Assembly (NCBI GenBank): GCA_963814585.1
Contig: CAWFDF010000014.1
Location: 96,001-160,000, forward strand
Direction of reading: 5' to 3'
Length of the DNA stretch: 64,000 nt
Origin: an uncultured delta proteobacterium
GTDB taxonomy: Bacteria; Myxococcota; Myxococcia; Myxococcales; Anaeromyxobacteraceae
In this document: piece by piece, positions 1 through 14,112 of the stretch
How the letters are laid out: every line of letters starts with the position of its first letter
Numbering within the stretch: position 1 is the stretch's first letter
The notes under the pieces: generated by a model
What the model was told of the DNA's origin: nothing
Seen by the model: only the letters and a program-made list of their open reading frames with translations
Database searches by the model: none
Position numbers and translations under genes: made by a program

Positions 1-855
1 CGGGGAAGAGCAGCAGCGAGCTGGCGAAGATGGGCGGGATGACGCCCGAGGTGTTGACCTTGAGCGGCAGGTGCGTCGACTGCCCGCCGTAGGCCTTCCG
101 GCCCACCACCCGCTTGGCGTACTGGATCGGGATGCGCCGCTGGCCGCGCTCCACGAAGACGATGACCCCGATGACCACCGCCATCACGATGCCGAGGATG
201 AGGAGGCCGAGCTCGCTCACCTGCGACCCCGGGGCCCGGTAGGCCATGAAGGTCTCGTAGCCGGCGGCGGGGACGCGGGCCACGATGCCGGCGAAGATCA
301 CCAGCGAGATGCCGTTGCCGATGCCCGCGCTCGGTGATCTGCTCGCCCATCCACATGATGAAGGCGGTGCCGGCGGTCAGCGAGACCATGGTCATGAGCC
401 GGAAGCCCCAGCCCGGATCGGCGACCACCGAGAGGCCGGTGGAGTCCCGCAGCGTCTCCAGGTAGGTGGAGATGCCGTAGCCCTGGATGGCCGAGAGGAC
501 GATCGTGCCGTAGCGGGTGTACTGGGTGATCTTGCGCCGCCCCAGCTCGCCCTTCCTTCTGCAGCTTCTCGAGGGCCGGGACCACGACCGTGAGCAGCTG
601 CAGGATGATGGAGGCCGACACGTACGGCATGATGCCGAGGGCGAAGATCGAGAGCTGCTCGAGCGCGCCGCCGGAGAAGAAGTTGAGCAGGCCGAGCAGG
701 CTGCCCTGCGAGACCACCCGCCGCATGGCGATGCGGTCCACGCCCGGGGTGGTCACGAAGATGCCGAGCCGGTAGACGGCCAGCATCCCGAGCGAGAAGA
801 ACAGCCGCTTCCGCAGCTCGGGAATCCGGAAGATGTTGGTCAGTCCGCTCGCCAT
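1..855 (-). CDS. secY: Preprotein translocase subunit SecY (3' end beyond window; two +1 frameshifts near 551 and 325)
   Basis: [18 protein letters not shown]...[16 protein letters not shown]; continues in shifted frames ([26 protein letters not shown]); follows rplO. Confidence 0.95.
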
Positions 856-880
856 TCGGATCCCCTCTCCCTTCCCCGTC

Positions 881-1378
881 CTAGGCCTTCGCCGAGGCAG
901 CCCGCTTCGCCGCCTTGGCCTTCTCGTGCTTGGTCACCGGCGCCGGGACCAGCTCTACGCTGCCACCAGCCTTCTCGATGATGGCGCGCGCGCCGGCGGT
1001 GACCCGCTCCACCTTCACGGTCACCTTGCTGGTCAGCTCGCCGCTGCCGAGCACCACCACGCCGTCGAAGCGGCCGCGGACCAGGTTGCCCGACCGGAGC
1101 ACGGTCTCGTCGACCACGCCGGAGAGCCCCTCGAGGTCGGCGACCTGGACCTCGGCGAACTCGCGCCGGAAGACGTTCTTGAAGCCGAACTTCGGGAGGC
1201 GCCGCTGCAGCGGCATCTGGCCGCCCTCGAAGCCCGCGAAGTGCATGTTCCCGGAGCGGGCCTTCTGGCCCTTGCCGCCGCGGCCGGCCGTCTTGCCGAG
1301 GCCGGAGCCCTGGCCACGACCCACCCGCTTGCGGACCTTGGTGGCGCCCTTGGGCACCTTGAGCGAATTGAGCGACAT
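881..1378 (-). CDS. rplO: 50S ribosomal protein L15
   Basis: [47 protein letters not shown] at 1378 after GGAG. Confidence 0.97.
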   Translation of the reverse strand: MSLNSLKVPKGATKVRKRVGRGQGSGLGKTAGRGGKGQKARSGNMHFAGFEGGQMPLQRRLPKFGFKNVFRREFAEVQVADLEGLSGVVDETVLRSGNLVRGRFDGVVVLGSGELTSKVTVKVERVTAGARAIIEKAGGSVELVPAPVTKHEKAKAAKRAASAKA

Positions 1379-1408
1379 GCGGAGTTCTCCTTCTAACACG
1401 GGGCCGCG

Positions 1409-1642
1409 CTAGGAGCGCGCCGCCGCCTTGGAGCGGGCCTTGCGGCCGGCGGGGGCGGGAGCGTCGATGCGCTCCCACTCGATCAGGTAGGACACCTTGG
1501 AGATCATCCCCATGGTCTGGGGCGTATCCGGCAGGACCTTCACCGAGTTGGTCTTCTTGAGGCCGAGCCCCACGACCGTGGTCCGGTGGGAGGCCGGGAT
1601 GCCGGACAGCCCGTGGACCAGCTTCACCTTGATGGCAGCCAT
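1409..1642 (-). CDS. rpmD: 50S ribosomal protein L30
   Basis: [14 protein letters not shown]...[33 protein letters not shown]; position between rpsE and rplO. Confidence 0.93.
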   Translation of the reverse strand: MAAIKVKLVHGLSGIPASHRTTVVGLGLKKTNSVKVLPDTPQTMGMISKVSYLIEWERIDAPAPAGRKARSKAAARS

Positions 1643-1650
1643 GGTTGCTC

Positions 1651-2156
1651 CTAGCCCTGGATCTCGGCGAGGGTCTTGCCGCGCCGCTTGGCGGTGTCCT
1701 CGGCGGTGCGGAGCCTGCTTCAGGCCGGCCACCGTCGCCTTGAGGACGTTGTGCGGGTTGCGTGAGCCCTGGCACTTGGTGAGCACGTTGCGGACGCCGG
1801 CCGCCTCGAGGACGGCGCGGACGGCGCCGCCGGCGATGACGCCGGTGCCCTCGCCGGCCGGCTTGAGCAGCACCCAGCCCGGCGCCGAAGTGGCCGAGCA
1901 CCTCGTGCGGGATGGTGGTGCCGACGAGCGGCACCTTGAAGAGGTTCTTCTTGGCCTGGTCGCCGCCCTTGCGGATGGCCTCGGGGACCTCGTTGGCCTT
2001 GCCGAGGCCGACGCCGACGTGCCCCTGCCCGTCGCCCACGACGACGAGCGCGGAGAAGCTGAAGCGCCGGCCGCCCTTGACCACCTTGGCGACGCGGTTG
2101 ATGTGGACGACGCGGTCGGAGAGATCCAGATCGTTCGCGTTGATGGGAGTAGCCAT
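1651..2156 (-). CDS. rpsE: 30S ribosomal protein S5 (frameshifts near 1879 and 1717)
   Basis: [24 protein letters not shown]; second frame [23 protein letters not shown]. Confidence 0.95.
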
Positions 2157-2183
2157 GGTTTCTGATCCTTTGCTGGCGAGCGC

Positions 2184-2544
2184 CTAGAAGAGCAGCCCAC
2201 CCTCGCGCGCGCCGGCGGCAATCGCCTCGACGCGGCCGTGGTAGTCGAAGCCGTTGCGGTCGAAGACCACGGCGGTGATCCCCTTCGCCAGGGCGGCCTT
2301 GGCCAGCGCCACGCCCGACCTTCTTGGCGGCGGCGGTCTTGTCGTCCTCGGAGACCTCCTCCTTGAGCCCCTTGGCCGTGCTGCCGATGCTGACCAGGGT
2401 GGTCCCGGCCACGTCGTCCACCAGCTGGGCGTACATGTGCTTGAGGCTCCTGTAGATCGTCAGCCGCGGACGCGCGGCGGTGCCGGAGATCTTCCTGCGG
2501 ATACGAGCCTTGCGCTTCTCGCGCGACGTCACCTTCCGTGCCAT
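2184..2544 (-). CDS. rplR: 50S ribosomal protein L18 (frameshift near 2316)
   Basis: [32 protein letters not shown]-terminus [14 protein letters not shown] in shifted frame. Confidence 0.95.
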
Positions 2545-2603
2545 GGAGCTCCTCCGTGCGGCGGCGACGGCTCAGCCGCCGCATGAGTGGTTGGGGGCGG
2601 GGC

Positions 2604-3147
2604 TTACGCCGCGCCGGTCTTGCCTTCCTTGCGACGAACCGTCTCCTCCGCGTACTTGATGCCCTTGCCCTTGTACGGCTCGGGCGGTCGGAGGGCGCGG
2701 ATCTTGGCGGCGGTCAGGCCGAGCAGGTGCTTGTCGACGCCCTTGATGGTCACGCGGGTCTGCTTGGGATCGACCTCGGCGGTGACGCCCTCGGGGAGCT
2801 TGAAGACCACCGGGTGCGAGAAGCCCAGGGTGAAGTTGATCTCCTTCCCCTTGACCTCGGCCTTGAAGCCGACGCCGCTGATCTCCAGCACCCGCTCGTA
2901 GCCCTTGGCGACGCCGTCGATGGCGTTCCGCAGCAGGGTGCGGGTGAGGCCGTGCAGCCCCTTGGCGAGGCGGCTCTCGTCGGGGCGGGAGACCTTGACC
3001 TCGCCGCCGCCGACCTCGACCTTCATCACCGGGTTGAAGGCCAGGGACATCTTGCCCTTGGGTCCCTCGAACCTGACGGTGGTTCCGGTGATCGACGACC
3101 TTGACCTTCTCGGGAATCTTGACTGGCAGCTTGCCGATGCGGGACAT
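2604..3147 (-). CDS. rplF: 50S ribosomal protein L6 (frameshift near 3097)
   Basis: [12 protein letters not shown]...; [26 protein letters not shown]. Confidence 0.96.
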
Positions 3148-3157
3148 GTCGGCTCCC

Positions 3158-3556
3158 TTACCAAACCGTGCAGATCAGCTCGCCGCCGACCTTCTGCTTG
3201 CGAGCCTCGCGGTCGACCATCAGGCCCTTGCTGGTGGACAGGATGGCGACGCCGAGGCCGTTGAGGACGCGAGGAATCTCGTCGGTGGCCACGTAGCGAC
3301 GCAGGCCGGGCTTGCTGACCCGCTTGATGTCGCTGATGGCCGGCTCGCGGTCCGGGCCGTACTTCAGGATGATGGTGATGGCGCCCTGTACGCCGTCCTC
3401 GTGCTTGAGGAAGTCCTGGATGAAGCCCTCGCTCTTGAGGACCTCCGCCAGGCGCAGCTTCAGGCCCGAGGCCGGGACCAGCACCTTCTCGTGACGTGCC
3501 GACGAGGCATTGCGGATGCGCGTCAGCATGTCGCCAATGGGATCGGTAAAGCTCAT
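3158..3556 (-). CDS. rpsH: 30S ribosomal protein S8
   Basis: [33 protein letters not shown]. Confidence 0.98.
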   Translation of the reverse strand: MSFTDPIGDMLTRIRNASSARHEKVLVPASGLKLRLAEVLKSEGFIQDFLKHEDGVQGAITIILKYGPDREPAISDIKRVSKPGLRRYVATDEIPRVLNGLGVAILSTSKGLMVDREARKQKVGGELICTVW

Positions 3557-3568
3557 CGACGGTCTCCC

Positions 3569-3754
3569 TTACCAGCTCGACTTGATGACGCCGGTGATCT
3601 CGCCCTGCAGCGCACGCTTGCGGAAGCAGAGCCGGCACATCTGGAACTTGCGGAGGAAGGCGCGCGGCCGGCCGCAGAGCGGGCAGCGGTTGTACTGGCG
3701 CACCTTGAACTTCAACTTGCGCTTGGCCTGCGCCATCTTGGAAAGCTTGGCCAT
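3569..3754 (-). CDS. rpsN: 30S ribosomal protein S14, 61-aa zinc-binding type
   Basis: [23 protein letters not shown] with four Cys. Confidence 0.97.
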   Translation of the reverse strand: MAKLSKMAQAKRKLKFKVRQYNRCPLCGRPRAFLRKFQMCRLCFRKRALQGEITGVIKSSW

Positions 3755-3778
3755 GGTGGTCTCCTGATCCCCTGGGGC

Positions 3779-4321
3779 TTAGGTGCGGAACGGCATGCCG
3801 AGGAAGCGGAGCAGGGCGCGCCCCCCCTCGTCGTCGCGGGCCGTCGTCACCACGGTGATGTTCAGCCCCTTGATCTTCTCGACCTGGTCGTAGTTGATCT
3901 CGGGGAAGATGATCTGCTCGCGGATGCCGAGCGTGTAGTTGCCCTTGCCGTCGAAGGCCTTGGGCGACACGCCCTTGAAGTCACGGACGCGCGGCAGCGC
4001 GATGGACACCAGGCGGTCGAAGAACTCGTACATGCGATCGCCGCGCAGCGTCACCATGGCGCCGATGCTCTGGCCCTGGCGCAGCTTGAAGTTGGCGATC
4101 GACTTCCGCGCCTTGGTCACGACCGGCTTCTGGCCGGTGATGGAGGCCAGCTGGGCCACCGAGGCGTCGATGATCTTGCCGTTGTTGATGGCCTCGCCCA
4201 GCCCCATGTTGACCACGATCTTCTCGAGGCGAGGGACCTGCATGGGGTTGCCGTACCCGAACTCCTTCATCAGGGCGGGGAGGACTTCCTTCTCGTATCG
4301 TTCCTTCAGTCGCGTTGCCAT
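3779..4321 (-). CDS. rplE: 50S ribosomal protein L5
   Basis: [32 protein letters not shown]. Confidence 0.98.
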   Translation of the reverse strand: MATRLKERYEKEVLPALMKEFGYGNPMQVPRLEKIVVNMGLGEAINNGKIIDASVAQLASITGQKPVVTKARKSIANFKLRQGQSIGAMVTLRGDRMYEFFDRLVSIALPRVRDFKGVSPKAFDGKGNYTLGIREQIIFPEINYDQVEKIKGLNITVVTTARDDEGGRALLRFLGMPFRT

Positions 4322-4382
4322 CGTCGTCTCTCCTGGCCTTCGGCCGGCTCCTGCTGGATTGCCGGGCGATGCGTTGGACTGC

Positions 4383-4697
4383 CTACTTCCCTGCCTTGCG
4401 CCTGGCGAGGCGGGCCTTCTCCTTGGCGCCGAGCTCGCGCGCCACCTTCTCGAGGCGGACCGTCTTCCCGCCCGCCACCACCATCACGTTCGAGATGGCG
4501 ACGGTGCCCGGCTGCTCGACGATGCCGCCCTCCGGGTTGGCCTGGTTGCGGCCCTTCCGGACGTGGCGCTTCACCGTCATGAGCTTCTCGATCCGGACGC
4601 GCCCCTCCTCGCGGAGGACCTCCAGCACGTTTCCGGACTTCCCCTTCTCCTTGCCGGCGATCACCTTGACGGTGTCGCCCTTGCGGATGACGGGCAT
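4383..4697 (-). CDS. rplX: 50S ribosomal protein L24
   Basis: [20 protein letters not shown] motif; GGIVEQ...ISNV. Confidence 0.96.
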   Translation of the reverse strand: MPVIRKGDTVKVIAGKEKGKSGNVLEVLREEGRVRIEKLMTVKRHVRKGRNQANPEGGIVEQPGTVAISNVMVVAGGKTVRLEKVARELGAKEKARLARRKAGK

Positions 4698-4699
4698 GG

Positions 4700-5068
4700 T
4701 TACAGGACCTCCGGCGCCAGGCTGATGATCTTCATGAACTTGCGGGCGCGCAGCTCGCGGGCGACCGGCCCGAAGATGCGGGTCCCGACCGGCTCCAGGT
4801 CCTTGTTGATGAGGACCGCGCTGTTGCCGTCGAAGCGGATGTAGCTGCCGTCGGGGCGCTTCACCTCGCGGGCGGTGCGGACGATGACGGCGCGAGCCAC
4901 CTCGCCCTTCTTCACCTTGGCCTGCGGGATGGCCTCACGGACCGACACCACGATGACGTCGCCGAGCGAGGCGTAACGACGCTTCGATCCGCCGAGCACC
5001 TTGATGCACATCACCTTCTTGGCGCCGGAGTTGTCGGCCACGTCGAGGATCGTCTGCATCTGGATCAC
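4700..5068 (-). CDS. rplN: 50S ribosomal protein L14
   Basis: GTG start, [16 protein letters not shown]...[13 protein letters not shown]...SLAPEVL. Confidence 0.98.
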   Translation of the reverse strand: MIQMQTILDVADNSGAKKVMCIKVLGGSKRRYASLGDVIVVSVREAIPQAKVKKGEVARAVIVRTAREVKRPDGSYIRFDGNSAVLINKDLEPVGTRIFGPVARELRARKFMKIISLAPEVL

Positions 5069-5070
5069 GG

Positions 5071-5340
5071 CTACACCTCCGTCGCCTTCTCGATGATCTC
5101 GACCACCCGCCAGTGCTTGTCCTTCGACATCGGCCGGGTCTCGACCATCCTGACCTTGTCGCCCGGGCGGCACTCCTGCTTCTCGTCGTGCGCCTTGTAC
5201 TTCTTGGCCTGGGTGACGATCTTCCCGTACTGCCGGTCCGGCACGCGGCGCTCCACCTTGACGACCACCGTCTTGGTCATCTTGTTGGAGAGCACCACGC
5301 CGACCCGGGACTTCCGGTTTCCGCGCTCCATGTCCGTCAC
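5071..5340 (-). CDS. rpsQ: 30S ribosomal protein S17
   Basis: [33 protein letters not shown]. Confidence 0.96.
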   Translation of the reverse strand: MTDMERGNRKSRVGVVLSNKMTKTVVVKVERRVPDRQYGKIVTQAKKYKAHDEKQECRPGDKVRMVETRPMSKDKHWRVVEIIEKATEV

Positions 5341-5555
5341 TCCTTCGCCTTCCGGGCCTTGGCCCCGAGGTCCTTGGCGCGCGCCACCGTCAGGCAGCGG
5401 GCCACCTCGCGGCGGGTCTTGGTGAGCTCGGCGGTCGAGTCGAGCACGCCCGTCGACGCCTTGTTCTTGAGCTCGAAGAGGCTCTTCTTGAGCTCGGCCG
5501 CGCGAGCGACCAGCTCCACCTGCGACAGCTCTCCCAGTTCCTTCACCGTTGCCAT
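5337..5555 (-). CDS. rpmC: 50S ribosomal protein L29
   Basis: [10 protein letters not shown]...[10 protein letters not shown]; synteny. Confidence 0.92.
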   Translation of the reverse strand: MATVKELGELSQVELVARAAELKKSLFELKNKASTGVLDSTAELTKTRREVARCLTVARAKDLGAKARKAKE

Positions 5556-5568
5556 GACGTCCCCTCTC

Positions 5569-5985
5569 CTAGAGCGTCGCGCCGCGCTTGACGAGCTTGG
5601 TCGAGACCGGGAGCTTGTGGGCCGCCAGGCCGAACGCCTTCTTGGCCGTGGCGTCGTCGCAGCCTTCCATCTCGTAGAGCATGCGCCCGGGCTTCACGAC
5701 GGCCACGTAGTACTCCACGTTGCCCTTGCCCGTGCCCATGCGGGTCTCGGCGGGCTTCTTGGTGATGGGCTTGTCCGGGAAGACCCGGATCCAGAGCTTG
5801 CCACCGCGCTTCACGTAGCGGGTGATGGCGACGCGGGCCGCCTCGATCTGGCGGGCGGTCAGGTAGCCGCACTCGGTGGCCTGCAGGCCGTATTCGCCCA
5901 GGGCCAGGTCCGAGCCGCGGTAGGCCTTGCCCCGCATGCGGCCCTTCATCATCTTCCGATACTTGGTACGAGCAGGCTGAAGCAT
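5569..5985 (-). CDS. rplP: 50S ribosomal protein L16
   Basis: [35 protein letters not shown]. Confidence 0.98.
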   Translation of the reverse strand: MLQPARTKYRKMMKGRMRGKAYRGSDLALGEYGLQATECGYLTARQIEAARVAITRYVKRGGKLWIRVFPDKPITKKPAETRMGTGKGNVEYYVAVVKPGRMLYEMEGCDDATAKKAFGLAAHKLPVSTKLVKRGATL

Positions 5986-6006
5986 GTCCCTCTCCTGTCC
6001 TTCGCC

Positions 6007-6682
<676 letters not shown>

Positions 6683-6699
6683 GTTCGTCTCCTTGGCCG

Positions 6700-7134
6700 C
6701 TAGCGGCCAGCGGTCCCGAGTTCCACGTACACGTGGCTCGTCTTCTTTTCGATCCGGAAGGCGCGACCCATGGCGCGCGGCATGAAGCGCCGCATCTTCG
6801 GCCCCTGGTCGACGGTGAGCGTCTTGACGACGAGCGCGTCGACGTCGACCCGCCCGCCCTTCCCCTCGGCGTTGGCGACCGCCGAGCGGAGCAGCTTGGC
6901 CAGCGGCTTGGCGGCCGCCTGCGGGCGGTACTTCAGCTCCGCCAGGGCGCTGCCCACCGGCATGCCGCGGATGGTGTCGGCCACCAGCCGCACCTTGCGC
7001 GGCGCCAGCCGCAGGAAGCGCAGGCTGGCATGCGGCCCGGCCACCGGCGGCGCCGGGCGGTTCTTGCGGGAGCGCGGCAGCGGCGGGGCGCGCCGCTCAC
7101 GCTTGACGGTCTTCTTGGTCTCGGTCTCGGCCAT
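6700..7134 (-). CDS. rplV: 50S ribosomal protein L22 with ~30-aa N-terminal extension
   Basis: [35 protein letters not shown]. Confidence 0.96.
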   Translation of the reverse strand: MAETETKKTVKRERRAPPLPRSRKNRPAPPVAGPHASLRFLRLAPRKVRLVADTIRGMPVGSALAELKYRPQAAAKPLAKLLRSAVANAEGKGGRVDVDALVVKTLTVDQGPKMRRFMPRAMGRAFRIEKKTSHVYVELGTAGR

Positions 7135-7146
7135 GTCCGTTCCTCG

Positions 7147-7446
7147 CTACTTCCTGGGCGGCGGCGCGGTGGTCGTCGCGACCTTCTTCTCCGCCGAGTG
7201 TCCGACGAAGGTCCGGGTCGGGGCGAACTCGCCGAGCTTGTGCCCGACCATGTTCTCGGTCACGAAGACGGGCACGAACTTCTTGCCGTTGTGCACGGCG
7301 AAGGTGTGACCCACGAACTCGGGGAGGATGGTGCACCGCCGCGACCAGGTCTTGATGACCGACTTCTTGTTGCCCTTGTTCGCCTCCTCCACCTTCTTGG
7401 TGAGGTGCTTGTCGACGAACGGGCCCTTCTTGATTGAACGTGCCAT
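7147..7446 (-). CDS. rpsS: 30S ribosomal protein S19
   Basis: [28 protein letters not shown]. Confidence 0.98.
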   Translation of the reverse strand: MARSIKKGPFVDKHLTKKVEEANKGNKKSVIKTWSRRCTILPEFVGHTFAVHNGKKFVPVFVTENMVGHKLGEFAPTRTFVGHSAEKKVATTTAPPPRK

Positions 7447-7470
7447 TTTTCCCTGGTCCCTTCTCGCAGG

Positions 7471-8320
7471 CTACTGGGGCGTGTTGCGCACGCCCGGCTT
7501 CCGCCGCGAGACGATGAACTTGTCGGTGCGCCGGTTGTTGCGGGTCTTGAGGCCCTTGGTCTTCTGACCCCAGGGCGAGACCGGGTGCGGGTTGCCCTGC
7601 CCCGACTTGCCCTCGCCGCCACCGTGCGGGTGGTCGACCGGGTTCATGGCCAGGCCGCGGACGGTCGGGCGGATGCCCTTCCAGCGGCTCTTGCCGGCCT
7701 TGCCGCTGCGGACGCTGGAGCTCTCGATGTTGGAGAGCTGGCCCACGGTGGCCCGGCAGTCCTGCTGCACCTGCCGGACCTCGCCGGAAGGCAGGCGGAT
7801 CTGGGCGAACTCGCCCTCCTTGGCCATCAGCTGGCCGAAGGAGCCCGCCGAGCGGATCATCTGGGCGCCGCGAGCCTGGCTGGCTCTCCACGTTGTGGAT
7901 GACGGTGCCGAGCGGGATGTTCTTGCAGCGGCAGCGTGTTGCCGGGGCGGATGTCGACCGCCGGGCCCGACATGAGCACGTCGCCCACCGCCACGCCGAG
8001 CGGCGCGAGGATGTAGCGCTTCTCGCCGTCCGCGTAGTGGAGCAGCGCCAGCCGGGAGGTGCGGTTGGGGTCGTACTCGATGGAGGCCACCTTGGCCGGC
8101 ACGCCGTCCTTGTCCCGCCGAAGTCGATGAGGCGGTAGCGGCGCTTGTGGCCGCCGCCGCTGTGGCGGGTGGTGATGTGCCCGTGGTTGTTTCGCCCGCC
8201 GGTCGCGCTTGACCGTCCTGGTCAGCTTCTTCTCCGGCTTGGCCTTGGTGATCTCGGCGAAGTCGGCGACCGTCATGTGGCGCCGGGCGGAACGGTCGGC
8301 TTGTAGCTCTTGAGGCCCAT
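7471..8320 (-). CDS. rplB: 50S ribosomal protein L2 (several frameshifts between ~7870 and ~8295)
   Basis: [46 protein letters not shown]. Confidence 0.96.
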
Positions 8321-8332
8321 GATCTCTCCCGG

Positions 8333-8633
8333 TTAGGCCGAGGTCCCCTCGAAGAGGTCGATGGTGTCGCCGTCCTTGAGGGTCACGAAGGCCTTCTTCC
8401 AATTGGGCCGCCGGCCGGAGCTCCGGCCCACCCGCTTGTTCTTGCCCCGCGCGATGGCGGTGCGGACGGCGATCACGTGGACGTTGAACAGCTTCTCGAC
8501 CGCCTGCTTGCATCTCGATCTTGGTGGCATCGCGGTGAACCTCGAAGGCGAACGAGCGGCTGGACTCGCGGTTGCGCTCCGCCTTCTCGGTGATGAGCGG
8601 GCGCTTCACGATCTCCTCGACGGTCAGGATCAT
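8333..8633 (-). CDS. rplW: 50S ribosomal protein L23 (frameshift near 8511)
   Basis: [34 protein letters not shown]. Confidence 0.95.
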
Positions 8634-9251
8634 GACGAGGGCCTCCTCGATCTTCCTGGCGGTGGCCGCGGTGAGGATGAGCGAGTCGTGCTTGAGGATG
8701 TCGTAGACGTTCAGCCCCTCGACGGCGAGGAAGTCCGCGCCGGCGAGGTTCCGGACCGACCTGGCGAGGGCGACGTTGGCACCGTCGTCCACCACCAGCG
8801 CCTTCTTCGCGCCGAGCTTGGCCAGCACCTTGGCCGCGGCGGCGGTCTTGGGCGCGGCCGGCTCCCACTTGTCGACGATCAGCAGCTGCCGCCCGCTGCC
8901 GCGGAGGGCCAGCGCCGAGCGCAGGGCCGCCTTGCGGACCTTCTTGGGCACGTCGTAGGCGTAGTCGCGGGGCTTCGGCCCCATGGCCTTGCCGCCGCCC
9001 ACCCAGTGGGAGGCGCGGGTCGAGCCCTGGCGGGCGCGGCCGGTGCCCTTCTGCTTCCAGGGCTTCCTGCCGCCGCCGGACACGAGGGAGCGGTTCTTGA
9101 CCGCGTGGGTCCCGGCGCGGTCGGAGGCCAGCTTGGCCTTCACCACTTCGTAGAAGAGATGCTCATTCACCTCGCCGGCGAAGACGGCGTCGGCGAGCTC
9201 CAGCTCACCCACCTTCTTCTTCTCGAGGTCGTAGACGTCGAACTTGGCCAT
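8630..9251 (-). CDS. rplD: 50S ribosomal protein L4 (stop apparently shifted out of frame by an extra base near 8636)
   Basis: [34 protein letters not shown]. Confidence 0.96.
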
Positions 9252-9262
9252 GGTGCCCTCAG

Positions 9263-9568
9263 CTACTTGATCTCGACGTCCACGCCGGCCGAAAGGTCCA
9301 GCTTCATGAGCGCGTCGAGCGTCTGCGGCGTCGGCTCGAGGATGTCGAGGAGCCGCTTGTGGGTCCGGATCTCGAACTGCTCCCGCGACTTCTTGTCGAC
9401 GTGCGGGCTGCGCAGGACGGTGAACTTGTTGATCCTGGTGGGAAGCGGGATCGGGCCGGCCACCTTCGCGCCGGTCCGTCGGGCCGTCTCCACGATCTCG
9501 CTGGCCGACTGATCGAGCAGCTTGTGGTCGTAGGCCTTGAGCCTGATCCGGATCTTCTGCGTCGCCAT
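9263..9568 (-). CDS. rpsJ: 30S ribosomal protein S10
   Basis: [31 protein letters not shown]. Confidence 0.98.
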   Translation of the reverse strand: MATQKIRIRLKAYDHKLLDQSASEIVETARRTGAKVAGPIPLPTRINKFTVLRSPHVDKKSREQFEIRTHKRLLDILEPTPQTLDALMKLDLSAGVDVEIK

Positions 9569-9661
9569 CGAAAGGCCTTCTCTCTCTGCTCGGCGCTGCG
9601 CGGTGAGGTTCGGCTCGCCACTCTCGGCGAGCCCCTCGCCGCCGTCCGCCAGGCGGACTTC

Positions 9662-10853
<1,192 letters not shown>

Positions 10854-10895
10854 GGTGCGCGCTCTCCTTCCCTGCGATCGATGGAGTTGCTTCGG

Positions 10896-12989
10896 CTACT
10901 TGCCAGCGGCGATGGTGCCCTTGGCCTTGCTGACGATGGTCTCGGCGATGCTGTTCGGCACCTGGGCGTAGTGCCCGAAGTGCATGCTGTAGGTGGCCCG
11001 GCCCTGGGTCTTCGACCGCAGGTCGGTGGCGTAGCCGAACATGGTGGCCAGCGGCACCAGGGCGTCGATGACCTGGGCGCCGCCGCGCGAGTTCATGCCC
11101 TGGATCTTGCCGCGGCGGCTGTTCAGGTCGCCGATGACGTCGCCCATGAACTCGTCGGGGGTGACGACCTCGACCTTCATGATCGGCTCGAGCAGGACCG
11201 GCTTGGCCCGGGCCGCGCCCTCCTTGAAGCCCATGGAGCCGGCGATCTTGAAGGCCATCTCGGAGGAGTCGACGTCGTGGTAGCTGCCGTCGGTGACCTC
11301 GACCCGGATGTCGACCACCGGGTAGCCGGCCAGGATGCCCCCCTCCATGGCCTCGACGATGCCCTTCTCGATGGGCTTGATGAACTCCTTGGGGATGGCG
11401 CCGCCGACGATGACGTTCTCGAACTCGAAGCCCTTGCCCGGCTCCTGCGGGATGAGCCGCAGCCAGCAGTGGCCGTACTGACCCTTGCCGCCGGTCTGCC
11501 GGACGTACTTGCCCTCGGCCTCGACGGTCTGGGTGATGGTCTCGCGGTAGGCGACCTGCGGCTTGCCGACGTTGGCCTCCACCTTGAACTCGCGGAGCAT
11601 GCGGTCCACCAGGATCTCGAGGTGGAGCTCGCCCATGCCGCCCATGATGGTCTGGCCGGTCTCCTCGTCGGAGCGGACGTTGAAGGACGGGTCCTCCATC
11701 TGCAGCCGCTGCAGGGCGATGCCCATCTTGTCCTGGTCGGCCTTGGACTTCGGCTCGACGGCCACGAAGATCACCGGCTCCGGGAAGATCATCCGCTCGA
11801 GGATGACGCCGTGGTCCTCGTCGCAGAGGGTGTCGCCGGTGGTGGTGCTGCGCAGGCCCACGGCGGCGGCGATGTCGCCGGCGTAGACCTCCTTGATCTC
11901 CTCGCGCTTGTTGGCGTGCATCTGCAGGATGCGGGAGATGCGCTCCTTCTTGTCCTTGGTGGCGTTGTAGACGTAGGAGCCGGCCTCGAGCTTCCCCGAG
12001 TAGACGCGGAAGAAGGTCAGGTTGCCGACGAACGGATCGTTCATCAGCTTGAACGCCAGGGCACTGAAGGGGGCGCTGTCGGAGCAGCTGCGGAGCACCT
12101 CCACGCCCTTCATGTCCACGCCGGTGATGGGCGGCTTGTCGAGCGGACTGGGGAGGTAGTCCACCACCACGTCGAGGATCTGCTGGACGCCCTTGTTCTT
12201 GAAGGCGGTGCCGCAGATGACCGGGAAGAACTTCATCTCGCAGACGCCCCTGCGGAGCCCGCGCATGACTTCCTGGTTGGTGAGGGGGTGGCCGTCGAGG
12301 TACTTGGCCATGAGCGCGTCGTCGATCTCGGCGACGGCCTCCTCGAGGGCGGCCCGGTACTCCTTGGCCTGATCCACCAGGTCGGCCGGGATCTCGATCT
12401 CCTGGTACTTGGCGCCCATGGTCTCGTCGTCGAAGGTGATGCCCTTCATCTTGACGAGGTCCACCATGCCGCGGAACTTGTCCTCGGCGCCGATGGGGAG
12501 CTGGATGGGCAGCGGCCGCGCGCCCAGCTTCGACTTGATGGTGTCGACCGACATGAAGAAGTCGGCGCCGACGCGATCCATCTTGTTGATGAAGCAGACG
12601 CGGGGGACCTTGTACTTGTCGGCCTGCCGCCACACCGTCTCGGACTGGGGCTCCACGCCGTTCACGGCGTCGAAGACCGCCACGGCGCCGTCGAGGACGC
12701 GGAGCGAGCGCTCCACCTCGATGGTGAAGTCGACGTGGCCGGGGGTGTCGATGATGTTGACGCGGTGCTCGCGCCAGGGGCAGGTGGTGGCGGCGGAGGT
12801 GATGGTGATGCCGCGCTCCCGCTCCTGCTCCATCCAGTCCATGACGGCCGTGCCCTCATGGACCTCGCCGACCTTGTGGGTGACGCCGGTGTAGAAGAGG
12901 ATCCGCTCGGTGGTGGTGGTCTTGCCGGCATCGATGTGCGCCATGATGCCGATGTTGCGGTAGCGCTCGAGGGGATGGGTGCGGGCCAT
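10896..12989 (-). CDS. fusA: Elongation factor G
   Basis: [30 protein letters not shown], intact 697 aa. Confidence 0.98.
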   Translation of the reverse strand: MARTHPLERYRNIGIMAHIDAGKTTTTERILFYTGVTHKVGEVHEGTAVMDWMEQERERGITITSAATTCPWREHRVNIIDTPGHVDFTIEVERSLRVLDGAVAVFDAVNGVEPQSETVWRQADKYKVPRVCFINKMDRVGADFFMSVDTIKSKLGARPLPIQLPIGAEDKFRGMVDLVKMKGITFDDETMGAKYQEIEIPADLVDQAKEYRAALEEAVAEIDDALMAKYLDGHPLTNQEVMRGLRRGVCEMKFFPVICGTAFKNKGVQQILDVVVDYLPSPLDKPPITGVDMKGVEVLRSCSDSAPFSALAFKLMNDPFVGNLTFFRVYSGKLEAGSYVYNATKDKKERISRILQMHANKREEIKEVYAGDIAAAVGLRSTTTGDTLCDEDHGVILERMIFPEPVIFVAVEPKSKADQDKMGIALQRLQMEDPSFNVRSDEETGQTIMGGMGELHLEILVDRMLREFKVEANVGKPQVAYRETITQTVEAEGKYVRQTGGKGQYGHCWLRLIPQEPGKGFEFENVIVGGAIPKEFIKPIEKGIVEAMEGGILAGYPVVDIRVEVTDGSYHDVDSSEMAFKIAGSMGFKEGAARAKPVLLEPIMKVEVVTPDEFMGDVIGDLNSRRGKIQGMNSRGGAQVIDALVPLATMFGYATDLRSKTQGRATYSMHFGHYAQVPNSIAETIVSKAKGTIAAGK

Positions 12990-13021
12990 GGTTCGTCTCT
13001 TCCTGATCTTCGTGCGTGCGC

Positions 13022-13050
13022 GAAACGAGGCCGCCCCCGAGGGCGACTCT
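13022..13050 (-). terminator. Hairpin with short T tract in rpsG-fusA spacer
   Basis: Minus strand GAGAGTCGCCC-TCGG-GGGCGGCCTC-GTTTC. Confidence 0.35.
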
Positions 13051-13143
13051 CACCACCAAACCGAGCTGTCAAAGAGCGAAGCGGGTCCTATCTCGAACCG
13101 TGCCGGCCCAGCCGGCCGCTCTCCAAGAGCCTCCTCGAATTCC

Positions 13144-13614
13144 TCACCAACGGTAGTGGGCGAAGGCCTTGTTGGCCTCGGCCATCTTGTGCGTGTCCTC
13201 GCGCTTCTTCACCGCGTTGCCGCGGTTCGAGGCCGCATCCATGATCTCGCCAGCCAGCTTCTCGGTCATCGTCTTCTCGCCACGAGCGTGGGAGTACTCG
13301 ATGAGCCAGCGCATCGCCAGGGCCACGCGGCGGTCCTGCCGGACCTCGACCGGGACCTGGTAGGTGGCGCCACCGACGCGGCGGCTCTTCACCTCGACGA
13401 CCGGCTTGACGTTGTCGAGCGCCTTCTTGAAGACCTTGAGCGGGTCGTCCTTGAGCTTGGACTCGACCTGGTCGAAGGCCCCGTAGAGGATCTGCTCGGC
13501 GGTCGACTTCTTGCCCTGCCGCATCAGGTCGTTGATGAACTTGGCCACCAGCCGATCCTGGAACTTCGGATCGGCGAGGATCTTGCGCTTCTCGACTACG
13601 CGGCGACGAGGCAT
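13144..13614 (-). CDS. rpsG: 30S ribosomal protein S7
   Basis: [31 protein letters not shown]. Confidence 0.98.
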   Translation of the reverse strand: MPRRRVVEKRKILADPKFQDRLVAKFINDLMRQGKKSTAEQILYGAFDQVESKLKDDPLKVFKKALDNVKPVVEVKSRRVGGATYQVPVEVRQDRRVALAMRWLIEYSHARGEKTMTEKLAGEIMDAASNRGNAVKKREDTHKMAEANKAFAHYRW

Positions 13615-13658
13615 CGAAAACCCTTATCCGTAGGCTGGGGCGCTGGGCGCCGTTCCAT

Positions 13659-14030
13659 TCAGCTCGGGCGCTTCGCGCCGTACTTCGAGCGGCTCTGCTT
13701 GCGCCCCTGGACGCCGACGGCATCGAGGGTGCCGCGAACGATGTGGTAGCGGACGCCGGGCAGGTCCTTGACGCGGCCCCCACGGATCAGCACCACCGAG
13801 TGCTCCTGCAGGTTGTGGCCGACGCCGGGGATGTAGCTCGTGACCTCGAACCCGTTGGTGAGGCGCACGCGGGCCACCTTGCGGAGGGCCGAGTTCGGCT
13901 TCTTGGGGGTCGTCGTGTAGACGCGCGTGCAGACCCCGCGCTTCTGCGGCGACTCCTTGAGAGCCGGAGCCTTCTTCTTCACGGCGAGCTTCTCGCGCCC
14001 CTTGCGCACGAGCTGGCTGATCGTCGGCAT
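13659..14030 (-). CDS. rpsL: 30S ribosomal protein S12
   Basis: [32 protein letters not shown]. Confidence 0.99.
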   Translation of the reverse strand: MPTISQLVRKGREKLAVKKKAPALKESPQKRGVCTRVYTTTPKKPNSALRKVARVRLTNGFEVTSYIPGVGHNLQEHSVVLIRGGRVKDLPGVRYHIVRGTLDAVGVQGRKQSRSKYGAKRPS

Positions 14031-14112
14031 CGGTGACGGACTCTTTCTTCAGCAAAATCGCCCGTCGACGGTGCGGCGGGCGAACTGGAACCCTCAAAGT
14101 TGAGGGCGGCGA

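Noticed and set aside
7857..9251. Apparent 464-aa L4-L23-L2 fusion ORF
   Set aside because: Removing one base near 8636 restores CTC TCA TGA with the usual ATGA overlap; it lies in the indel-rich segment.
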